Shown: piece after piece, positions 35,043 through 42,286 of the stretch
How positions within the stretch are numbered: position 1 is the stretch's first letter
Layout: each line of letters starts with the position of its first letter
Source of the DNA: Gemmatimonadales bacterium
GTDB taxonomy: Bacteria; Gemmatimonadota; Gemmatimonadetes; Gemmatimonadales; GWC2-71-9
Direction: 5' to 3'
Length of the DNA: 47,451 bases
Assembly: GCA_036443495.1 (NCBI GenBank)
Contig: JAZFYL010000025.1
Location: forward strand, 1-47,451
Translations under genes and position numbers: made by a program
Notes under the pieces: generated by a model
The model's database searches: none
What the model was told of the DNA's origin: nothing
Seen by the model: only the letters and a program-made list of their open reading frames with translations

Positions 35043-36719
35043 TCATGATCCCCTGCGGTAGACCACTCGGCCGCCGACGATGGTCGCCTCTACCCGCACC
35101 TGGTCCAGTGATTCGGGCGGGATCTCCAAGAGGGACCGGTCAAGCACCACGATGTCCGCGGCGTATCCAGGCATCAGCCGTCCCAGACGATGTTCGAGAA
35201 AGACGGCGTAGGCATTGGTCGCAGTGTAGGCGCGCAAGGCGTCCTCCACCGACACCTTCTGCTCCGGAACCCAGCCGTCGGGGTTGGCGCCGTCGATGGT
35301 CCGCCTGGTGACCGCGGCGTAGATGCCGAGTAGGGGGTCCAAGGGCGCCACCGTCCAATCGGATCCGAAGGTGAGGAAAGCGTCGGCGTCCAACAGAGAT
35401 CTGAACGCATAGGTCGTCTTGATCCGCTCGGGACCGATACGCTTTTCCGCCCAGCGGCCGTCGTCGATGGCATGGTACGGCTGCATGGAGGCAATCACAC
35501 CCAACCGAGCGATGCGCTCGAAATCGGCCGACCGGAGGTGCTGGGCATGTTCGATACGCCAGCGGCGATCGCGGACGCCATGCGCCGTCGCCAGGCTGTC
35601 CAAGACGTCGAGCAGCAGTCCGTTGGCCCGGTCGCCGATGGCGTGGATGGCGAACTGCAAACCGGCCGAGTCGGCCGCGCCGAGGGAACGCCGCAAGTTG
35701 TCTTCGGACACGACCATGGTGCCGGGGGTGGACGGGTCGTCGGTGTAGGGATCGTCGAAGGCCGCCGTGGTGCTCCCCAGTGAGCCGTCGACAAAGCCTT
35801 TCACGCCTTGCAGGCGCAACCATTCGTCGCCTGGCCCATACTCGGCTATGGTATCCGCCAGCCCCCGCCAATCGGCCAGGTTGTGGAACAGCGCCACGCG
35901 CAGCGTGAGCCGTCCATCGGCGCGTGCACGTTGGTAGGCGGCCCGGTTTCCCCATGAGCCGTTCATCTCCGTCACCATGGTGACGCCAAGCTCGGCGGCA
36001 TGCCGCATGGCTCGGGCCAGGGCAGAGTCCTGTTGAGAGTCCGACGCGGCCGGGATCGCGCTCCACATGACGTCCATGGCGTTGTCTTTGAGCAATCCGG
36101 TGAGACGGCGGGAGTCCGGGTAACGGATGATGAGCCCCCCTGAAGGGGCTTCGGCCGCCTCCGTCAGGCCGGCACGTTCCAGCGCCAGGGCGTTCGCCAG
36201 ACCCATGTGTCCATCCAGGCGAGTGACGAACACCGGGTTGTCAGGGGTGAGCGAATCGATCCAATCGCGCTGGGGCAGGATGGCATCGGGCCACAGTTCG
36301 TGGTCCCAGTCCCCGCCGAGTATCCACTCCCCGGGACCGAGTGACCGCGCGTAGGCTACCACCCGGCGGGCGAACTCCTCAGGTGTCGCGGCGTCGCGGA
36401 GATCGACCGAGGCCAGTTGAAAGCCCCCGCTCATGAAGTGGGCGTGATTGTCTATGAACCCCGGCATGACCATGCCGGTCGTGACGAGCACCTCCGTCCC
36501 CTCGCCCACGAGGAGGGCCACGTTCTGGCTGTCGTCGACGGCGACGATTTCCCCGTTTCGAACGGCCACCGCTTCAGCCCAAGGTCGAGCCGCTTCTCCA
36601 GTCCACGTCGGTCCGTAGATGACGAGTTCCGCAGGCGGATCGCCGGCACAAGCCACGACGGTCGCCAGCATGCCCGCGGCGACCGTGTGGCTGACAACGG
36701 ATAGTCGAGGGTTACTCAT
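35043..36719 (-). CDS. amidohydrolase-3 family metal-dependent hydrolase (YtcJ-like), lipoprotein
   Basis: PGFIDNHAHF metal-binding motif, HAIGD, C-terminal ADIVVLD. Lipobox VVAC. Confidence 0.85.
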   Translation of the reverse strand: MSNPRLSVVSHTVAAGMLATVVACAGDPPAELVIYGPTWTGEAARPWAEAVAVRNGEIVAVDDSQNVALLVGEGTEVLVTTGMVMPGFIDNHAHFMSGGFQLASVDLRDAATPEEFARRVVAYARSLGPGEWILGGDWDHELWPDAILPQRDWIDSLTPDNPVFVTRLDGHMGLANALALERAGLTEAAEAPSGGLIIRYPDSRRLTGLLKDNAMDVMWSAIPAASDSQQDSALARAMRHAAELGVTMVTEMNGSWGNRAAYQRARADGRLTLRVALFHNLADWRGLADTIAEYGPGDEWLRLQGVKGFVDGSLGSTTAAFDDPYTDDPSTPGTMVVSEDNLRRSLGAADSAGLQFAIHAIGDRANGLLLDVLDSLATAHGVRDRRWRIEHAQHLRSADFERIARLGVIASMQPYHAIDDGRWAEKRIGPERIKTTYAFRSLLDADAFLTFGSDWTVAPLDPLLGIYAAVTRRTIDGANPDGWVPEQKVSVEDALRAYTATNAYAVFLEHRLGRLMPGYAADIVVLDRSLLEIPPESLDQVRVEATIVGGRVVYRRGS

Positions 36720-36964
36720 TTCAGTTTGGCAATGCGGCGCAGGGTCTGGAGCTTCTCGAGTGCGCTGGAACCTTCCGTCTTGGCGGCGGGCGCCACCGTG
36801 AACAGATCCCGGAGATCGAGCAATACCTCGTACAGCAACTGGTCGCGCATGTAGGCGTTGTCCAACTCAGCCATGCGATCGACATGTCCTTCTTCCCGGG
36901 CACGATCGTACGACTCGCGATAAAGGCTTTCCAGGTTCTCGAGGATGCGTTTGCGGTTGCGCAT
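36716..36964 (-). CDS. small hypothetical helical protein
   Basis: 82-aa ORF whose stop overlaps the ATG of the downstream amidohydrolase gene (ATGA). Composition is charged and helical. Confidence 0.5.
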   Translation of the reverse strand: MRNRKRILENLESLYRESYDRAREEGHVDRMAELDNAYMRDQLLYEVLLDLRDLFTVAPAAKTEGSSALEKLQTLRRIAKLK

Positions 36965-37135
36965 GGCTTAGGGACGGTGGACGGTGGCTTCTGGCTTGGC
37001 CAAGGTATACCCTTTACGGCCATGGGCCAAGCATCGGGCCGACGCGTGGGAGGCGAGAGATGAGGCGGTTTGCCTCCTCGCTGCGCGGTCCCCCATCAAG
37101 CCGCACTCTCTCACCTGTGACCGATTGAGGACTTC

Positions 37136-37660
37136 ATGTCGCTCGCTGGCAAGCACGTCCTGTTCTTTGCGGGTCCGTTGTACGAAGACCTTGAATTGTG
37201 GTATCCCAAGATCCGTCTGGAAGAGGAAGGCGCCGAAACCACCGTTGCCGGGACGGGGGAGAAGACCTACCAGGGGAAGCGAGGGTATCCGCTCACGGTG
37301 GACACCGATGTCGATCACGTGGATGCGGACGCCTTCGACGGGTTGGTCATTCCCGGCGGCTACGCCCCCGACATCATGCGGCGCTCACCACGTCTGTTGG
37401 AACTCACCAGACAGATCTACCACGCCGGGAAACCCGTGGCGTTCATTTGCCACGCCGGGTGGGTTCCCATCAGTGCGGGAATCGTTCGGGGCAGACGGGG
37501 GACCAGCGTGGGTGCCATCAAGGACGACTTGGTCAACGCCGGCATGTTGTGGGAGGACAGCCCGGTAGTGGTGGACGGGAACCTGATTTCCTCGCGCACG
37601 CCCAAGGACCTACCACAGTTCATGGGAGCGATCATCGCGGCGCTCCGGGGAGAGGGGTAG
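37136..37660 (+). CDS. DJ-1/PfpI family protein
   Basis: GLVIPGG, nucleophile elbow AFICHAGW, VDGNLISSR. Confidence 0.9.
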   Translation: MSLAGKHVLFFAGPLYEDLELWYPKIRLEEEGAETTVAGTGEKTYQGKRGYPLTVDTDVDHVDADAFDGLVIPGGYAPDIMRRSPRLLELTRQIYHAGKPVAFICHAGWVPISAGIVRGRRGTSVGAIKDDLVNAGMLWEDSPVVVDGNLISSRTPKDLPQFMGAIIAALRGEG

Positions 37661-37663
37661 AGC

Positions 37664-37984
37664 ATGCCGTGGGCCGACGCTCAAGCGCGGGTCGATCAAT
37701 GGATCAGTGGTTTTGAAGAGGGCTATTTCCATCCACTCACGAACGTCGCGCGGCTCGCCGAGGAAGTCGGCGAGCTGGCTCGCGAAATCAATCATCAATA
37801 TGGCGAGAAGACCAAGAAGCCCGAGGAACCGGCAGGCGACATGGCCATGGAGCTGGCCGACATTCTGTTCGTGGTGATCTGCATCGCCAATCGGGAGGGC
37901 ATCGACCTGGACGAAGCCTTCGAACGCATGATGGCAAAAGTCGAGACCCGCGACGAATCGAGATGGACGCGGAAGAGGGAGTAG
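37664..37984 (+). CDS. MazG-like nucleotide pyrophosphohydrolase domain protein
   Basis: LAEEVGELAREI and ELADILFVVICIAN are the EExxE/ExxD helices typical of small MazG/YpjD proteins. Confidence 0.85.
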   Translation: MPWADAQARVDQWISGFEEGYFHPLTNVARLAEEVGELAREINHQYGEKTKKPEEPAGDMAMELADILFVVICIANREGIDLDEAFERMMAKVETRDESRWTRKRE

Positions 37985-37990
37985 GGAGTC

Positions 37991-38905
37991 CTACTCCCAC
38001 GCCTTGGGCGCGGCCTCCAATTCCTCCAACAGCGTCAGGTAGCTCCGGTAGCGCTCCCCGTCGATCCGCCCCTCCTCCACCGCCTCACGGATGGCGCAGT
38101 CGGGCTCCTGGCGATGGACGCAATCGGCAAAGCGGCAGCCATCATGGTAGTCCCCGAATTCCGGGAAGCATTCGCCGAGTGCACGCGGCGGGAGCCCCCA
38201 CAGTCCTACCTCACTGAACCCCGGAGTGTCGACCAGATACCCGCCGTCGGCCAATGGGATCATGATCGACGATACGGTCGTGTGCCTCCCGCGGCGGACC
38301 CGGGAGCTCACCTCCCCGACCCTGAGTTTTAGACCGGGCTGAATGGCATTCAGCAAGCTGGTCTTCCCGACTCCGGATGGGCCGGTGATCACGCTGGCCC
38401 TCCCTTTCAACAAAAGATGAACGGCCTCGACGCCGTCACCGGTAGTCGCGCTGGTGGGGAACACGGTGTAACCCGCATCGCGGTAGCGATGGATCAAGTC
38501 GTCGGCCAACGCGAGATCGATCTTGTTGACGACGAGCACCGGCGCAAGACGGTTGGCTTCGGCGATGACCAAGAGCCGGTCGATCAATTGCGGGATGGGA
38601 GGTGGGTCTTGGGAGGCGGTCATGACGAGAACCTGATCCACATTCGCCACGATGGGACGCTCGCCGCGTCCTTCCGGAACTCTCCGCGCCAAAAGACTCC
38701 GTCGATCGGCGACCGCGTGAATGGCGTACAAATCGCCCTGCGGCTCCGGCTCGAGATGCACGACATCTCCCACGATCACCTTGGGAGTTCCGCGCTTGGT
38801 CTTGCCCCTCAGCACGGCCTGCACCTCGCCCGCTGAGGTGGAGACGCGGTATACGGCTCCTTCGCGCTCGAGTACGGTACCGATCAGGGATATCTCACCA
38901 TTCAT
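37991..38905 (-). CDS. rsgA: ribosome small-subunit-dependent GTPase A
   Basis: Circularly permuted GTPase motifs NKIDL, GPSGVGKTSLLN and DTPGF. C-terminal zinc motif CRFADCVHRQEPDCA. Start placed at MNGEISL. Confidence 0.9.
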   Translation of the reverse strand: MNGEISLIGTVLEREGAVYRVSTSAGEVQAVLRGKTKRGTPKVIVGDVVHLEPEPQGDLYAIHAVADRRSLLARRVPEGRGERPIVANVDQVLVMTASQDPPPIPQLIDRLLVIAEANRLAPVLVVNKIDLALADDLIHRYRDAGYTVFPTSATTGDGVEAVHLLLKGRASVITGPSGVGKTSLLNAIQPGLKLRVGEVSSRVRRGRHTTVSSIMIPLADGGYLVDTPGFSEVGLWGLPPRALGECFPEFGDYHDGCRFADCVHRQEPDCAIREAVEEGRIDGERYRSYLTLLEELEAAPKAWE

Positions 38906-39212
38906 CGGGTGCGTCCTTGATGGCCCCATCGAGGGCCTCTTTGACGTCGAAGAGTGACAACCCTTTCACGCGCGCCTCGGCCAGGGCGGGCGTCCGGCCC
39001 CAGGCCAGATAGCCGGTTTCCACGTGGCCCACGGGGGCATCCCCTGCCGGCGACCACCGAACGAAGAGGAGGGCGGCTCCGAAGCGGCCTTCGCTGTCCG
39101 GCTCATCGTCCACGAGTACTCCCACGGAATAGGCGTGACCATCGCCCCCCTCGAACGCCGCGGCCCGGCCGTGCTTCTCCATGTAGCCGCCGAGCGTGAT
39201 CTCGTCATTCAC
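38895..39212 (-). CDS. hypothetical protein
   Basis: 105-aa ORF overlapping its neighbours by a few nt, in an operon-like arrangement. No family recognised. Confidence 0.5.
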   Translation of the reverse strand: MNDEITLGGYMEKHGRAAAFEGGDGHAYSVGVLVDDEPDSEGRFGAALLFVRWSPAGDAPVGHVETGYLAWGRTPALAEARVKGLSLFDVKEALDGAIKDAPDEW

Positions 39213-40138
39213 CGGCGTGCGGACTCACGAACGATATTGCCCAGGATGAAGGCGATGTTGGCCGGTCGCTCGGCCAGGCGCCGCATGAGGTAGGGGTACC
39301 ACTGACGCCCAAACGGGATGTATACCCGCACGCGGTGACCCGCGGCGTGGAGTTCGCGTTGTATGTCCCGACGAACGCCGTAGAGCATCTGGAACTCGTA
39401 GCGTTCGGGGGCGATGCCCTTCTGCTCGATGAAGGACCGGGCGTGCTTAATGATGGTCGAGTCGTGCGTGGCGATACCAGGACAGTTCCCCTCCGACACA
39501 AGCCGCTCCATCATTTCGACGTAGGTCCGATCGACGTCGCGTTTGTCGGGGAAGGCGACGGTCGACGGCTCGAGATACGCGCCCTTGCACAGCCGGACGC
39601 GCACCTGCCGGTCGATCAGGTTGGCGACATCGTCCGCCGAGCGCCGCAGGGCCGATTGAATGACCAAGCCGCAATTCTGTCGGTAGGTGTCCGCAATGTG
39701 CTTGAAATAGAAATCCACGGTCCGCTGCGTGTAGGCCGAGCTTTCCATGTCAATGCGGACGAAGCCATCCCGTTGGGCGGCACGCTCGACAATGCTCATC
39801 ACGTTGTCGGCGCACAGCTCTTCGTCGATATCGAAGCCCATCTGGGTGAGCTTCATCGAAACGTTGGCTTCGAGGTTGGCTGCTTCCAGCCGATCCAGCA
39901 TTCCCAGATACTGGTCCTTGGCGGCCGAGGCCGTCTCGGGTCGATTGACGCTCTCCCCGAGAAGGTCCAGTGTCGTGAGCATGCCTTGCCGGGCGAGTTC
40001 AGCAGCAGCCGCTACCGCATCGTCGACCGACTCTCCCGCAACGAAGCGGGAGGCAAATGAGCGGGCCACCTGATTCTGGCGGACGAAATTGAAGATGCCC
40101 TGTTGCTCGGAGAGCCAGAGCAGGCCTTGGCGGAGCAT
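39209..40138 (-). CDS. proline dehydrogenase (monofunctional PRODH)
   Basis: 309 aa. VSMKLTQMG, RVRLCKGAY, IATHD, EFQMLYGV and YIPFG..WYPYLMRRLAERPAN are typical of the Pro_dh family. Confidence 0.88.
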   Translation of the reverse strand: MLRQGLLWLSEQQGIFNFVRQNQVARSFASRFVAGESVDDAVAAAAELARQGMLTTLDLLGESVNRPETASAAKDQYLGMLDRLEAANLEANVSMKLTQMGFDIDEELCADNVMSIVERAAQRDGFVRIDMESSAYTQRTVDFYFKHIADTYRQNCGLVIQSALRRSADDVANLIDRQVRVRLCKGAYLEPSTVAFPDKRDVDRTYVEMMERLVSEGNCPGIATHDSTIIKHARSFIEQKGIAPERYEFQMLYGVRRDIQRELHAAGHRVRVYIPFGRQWYPYLMRRLAERPANIAFILGNIVRESARR

Positions 40139-40321
40139 GCAAGCGATCCTGTAGCGATGGTGAAGCGGGTCCCTGCGGCGCCACCGAAGGTACTACCCCG
40201 GTGGGGCGGCTACAAGTTGAACGGCGGGCACGATACAACCATGCAAGCTGCCAGATCGTGGGCCCGTGCCAGGAATTGTGCTGGTGGTGTAACCTATTGA
40301 CAATAAATCAGTTAGCGCCAG

Positions 40322-40337
40322 TGGCACGACTCTGGCA
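40322..40337 (+). promoter_or_regulatory. sigma54-like -24/-12 element TGGCACGACTCTGGCA
   Basis: Matches TGGCAC-N5-TTGCA at 15 of 16 defined or spaced positions. GG and GC are spaced exactly as in the consensus. Confidence 0.4.
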
Positions 40338-40339
40338 AT

Positions 40340-40551
40340 GCTAATGGGCACAAGAGAGGGGGCCAGAGCCCCCCAGTAAGAACAACGGACATACGATCCG
40401 CCCGATAAGAGCACACCCGGAGCGATCCGGGGCCGCAAAACCAGAGGTCTCGACCAATCGAGATAGCTCGGTGCCGAAGGTGGAACCAGCAATGCGGAGC
40501 GTAATGCCTGAGCCAGTGCCCCTGAGGGGCCTGTGCGCATTACGCTTTTTT
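40340..40551 (+). ncRNA. candidate structured RNA: sRNA or cis-regulatory leader of unknown class
   Basis: Non-coding 438-bp gap. Perfect hairpins at 40358..40373 (GGGGGC-CAGA-GCCCCC), 40416..40431 (CCCGGA-GCGA-TCCGGG, GNRA loop) and 40448..40463 (TCTCGA-CCAA-TCGAGA), ending in a strong terminator. Confidence 0.4.
40499..40551 (+). terminator. intrinsic terminator
   Basis: Outer stem GCGTAATGC/GCATTACGC encloses an inner stem GCCCC-TGA-GGGGC and is followed by TTTTTT. It ends 26 nt before the next ATG. Confidence 0.75.
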
Positions 40552-40576
40552 GTGTTTATCGGGCGTGGGAGAGAGC

Positions 40577-41026
40577 ATGACTTCCACGCAAGCGCAGTTC
40601 TCCAAGACCTTCGGGTCACGTCTAGCCGGCATCGCCCTGATGGCACTGGGTTGTGCGCCGGCGGCCTTGAGTCCCAGTTCCCTACCTGACGGTGCCGTTT
40701 CGTTCACGGCACCCTCGGAGTACCGGGTGTGGTGGGCCAGCACCGAGTCGTGCTCCGGTCGGACCGGTGACTTCGACCGGATTGCCTGGTACGCCGTCCC
40801 GGGGGCCAGCACCATGGAGACGGAGATCGGCGAGAAAGTTGGAATCTGGGCCAGCCATGACGGCCAGAGCACCATCACAATCGCCGGCGAGTACCTCGAC
40901 AACGAATTGGTCATCCGGCACGAGATGTTGCACGAGCTGCTGGGTCGTGACGGTCACCCCGACGAGTACTTCGTAGCTCGGTGCGGACTGACCTGGGAGA
41001 GTTGGCAGCTGGCCAGTAGCGAGTAG
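40577..41026 (+). CDS. small lipoprotein with HExxH zinc-metallopeptidase-like motif
   Basis: GGGAGAGAG precedes the ATG. Lipobox LMALGC. Contains IRHEMLHELLG. About 149 aa. Confidence 0.65.
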   Translation: MTSTQAQFSKTFGSRLAGIALMALGCAPAALSPSSLPDGAVSFTAPSEYRVWWASTESCSGRTGDFDRIAWYAVPGASTMETEIGEKVGIWASHDGQSTITIAGEYLDNELVIRHEMLHELLGRDGHPDEYFVARCGLTWESWQLASSE

Positions 41027-41037
41027 CCCCCCAAACA

Positions 41038-41117
41038 GAAGGTGCCAAGGGCCCGACGTCAGGTGCCAGAAGCCAAGTGCCAGAAGCCCGGAGCCAGGGG
41101 TCAGATGTCAGGGGCCG
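41038..41117. repeat. degenerate roughly 13-14-bp tandem repeat (GTGCCAGAAGCC core, two perfect copies)
   Basis: GTGCCAGAAGCC at 41063..41074 and 41077..41088. Related units (GGTGCCAAGG, GGAGCCAGGGG, GATGTCAGGGG) flank them. Confidence 0.7.
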
Positions 41118-41126
41118 GAAGCGAAC

Positions 41127-41160
41127 AAAGAGACCCGCACCTGATGGTGCGGGTCTCTTT
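41127..41160. terminator. bidirectional intrinsic terminator
   Basis: Perfect 15-bp stem AAAGAGACCCGCACC-TGAT-GGTGCGGGTCTCTTT. The stem supplies A/T tracts at both ends, and it sits between convergent genes. Confidence 0.8.
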
Positions 41161-41181
41161 GGATACTTGCCCGGTTCGTGA

Positions 41182-42015
41182 CTAGCGCGTGAAGATCGTC
41201 AGCGTGTCGATGTCCACCCCGGCTCCGGACGGGCCCGTGAACGTGCCGCTGAAGATCTGGGGCTGCTGTCCGGCCGACTGCACCGTCACGACCCAGTTGC
41301 TCTGCGGCTGGCTGCAGTCGGACCAGTAGTCGAGGGACACCTTGTAGGTACCAGATGGCGCCTCACCGGCCAGCCACACGATGTTCTCGTTGTTGACCCC
41401 GTCGATGCTGCACCCCGGGTTGGAATCGAGATCCAGGAAACCGCCACTCTGGGCGGTGAGATTGCCGAAATAGACCTCTTCACCCATGGGGTCGGTCACG
41501 CGGAGGTCGACGTCGGTGGGAGCGTCCCATACAACGCTCACCTGGACGTCACCGGTGGCGACGCGGATGATTCGGACCGGATGGTCGGCATAGTCGCCGA
41601 GTCCGCTGCCGTCCGACAGGCCGTAGCGCATGGTCATATTGTCGGTCGCGTTGGCGTTGGGCCGGATGGTGGCTACCATCTCAACGGACGTCACGCTCGC
41701 GGGCAGGATCAACTCGTAGTGGTTGTCCAGTCCGTCGACCGCCAGGATCACGCGATTGAACGGCGTCGCGCTCGAGACGGTGATTGGAAGGCTGCCGCCA
41801 TTGATGCCTACGTTGATCCCGTCGAGCGAGGCCACCGGGCCACCGCTCGCCGCCGGGCGATCCGCACTAACCAGCGTGGCCACGACCGACCCGTCCAGCG
41901 TGGACACCGCGCTGAAGACGTTGTTGATCGCCGGCAAGGCATTGGGCTTCAATTCCCCATCCCCGCATGCGGCCAGCACTAGCGCCAGGGCCGCCAGCCC
42001 CATCTTGGGAGCCAT
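41182..42015 (-). CDS. hypothetical lipoprotein
   Basis: MAPKMGLAALALVLAACGDG lipobox. The C-terminal beta-rich domain (VSVVWDAPTDVDLRVTDPMGEEVYFGN...GGFLDLDSN) resembles YfaP/DUF2135-type domains. The ORF extension to 42174 looks non-coding. Confidence 0.6.
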   Translation of the reverse strand: MAPKMGLAALALVLAACGDGELKPNALPAINNVFSAVSTLDGSVVATLVSADRPAASGGPVASLDGINVGINGGSLPITVSSATPFNRVILAVDGLDNHYELILPASVTSVEMVATIRPNANATDNMTMRYGLSDGSGLGDYADHPVRIIRVATGDVQVSVVWDAPTDVDLRVTDPMGEEVYFGNLTAQSGGFLDLDSNPGCSIDGVNNENIVWLAGEAPSGTYKVSLDYWSDCSQPQSNWVVTVQSAGQQPQIFSGTFTGPSGAGVDIDTLTIFTR

Positions 42016-42201
42016 CTCTCGGATTCGTCCTAGAATTAGCACGGGACCACTCCTGCTCAGAATTAGTCGGGTGGAGTCGCGCCACATGGAGGCGCGTTCC
42101 GATCTTGGTCGAGCAACGAGCGTGCCGTACCAAATACACCGAAAAAACGGACGACCTACCGACTGATAAGTCATTTGTTATCAAGATATTAACGAGAGAG
42201 A

Positions 42202-42217
42202 CTGCAATAAATTGCAG
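42202..42217. promoter_or_regulatory. perfect 7-2-7 palindrome CTGCAAT-AA-ATTGCAG in an AT-rich intergenic stretch
   Basis: Read directly. It lies about 190 nt upstream of the lipoprotein start and downstream of fadJ. A 2-nt spacer argues for a protein-binding site rather than an RNA hairpin. Confidence 0.35.
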
Positions 42218-42286
42218 TTACATCTGGATACTATCGAAAGCTAGGCGGTCAGGCGATCTGCACTCGGCCTGGGCGGTCCTGCAGGA

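Noticed and set aside
35140-36066. 308-aa minus-strand ORF in an alternate frame of the amidohydrolase gene, with similar cases 39335..40060 (plus), 42249..42923 (minus) and 43064..43759 (plus)
   Set aside because: Each overlaps a gene with clear family motifs (amidohydrolase, proline dehydrogenase, fadJ). The compositions are typical of GC-rich off-frames.
40235-40272. Minus-strand sigma54-like sequence TGGCACGGGCCCACGATCTGGCAGCTTGCA upstream of proline dehydrogenase
   Set aside because: The spacing between TGGCAC and TTGCA is 19 nt, and only 2 nt from the second TGGCA. That is incompatible with the fixed -24/-12 geometry.
30503-40428. Shared 12-mer CCGGAGCGATCC in the lon-kinase intergenic region (30503..30514) and in the candidate RNA (40417..40428)
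   Set aside because: It is a single short match in GC-rich DNA. The flanks do not align beyond a few bases, so this is not enough to claim related elements.
40139-40576. Assigning the structured intergenic RNA to RNase P RNA, tmRNA, SRP/4.5S, 6S, or the glycine, cobalamin, SAM, TPP or c-di-GMP riboswitch classes
   Set aside because: There are short resemblances (CACCCGGAGC and GAGCCAGTG to E. coli M1 RNA, GCCGAAGGTGGAAC to the glycine-riboswitch core). But the universally conserved blocks of each class are absent or in the wrong order: GGAAAGTCCGG and ACAGAACCCGGCTTA for RNase P, a tRNA-like 3' end for tmRNA, and GGAAGCAGCC for SRP.
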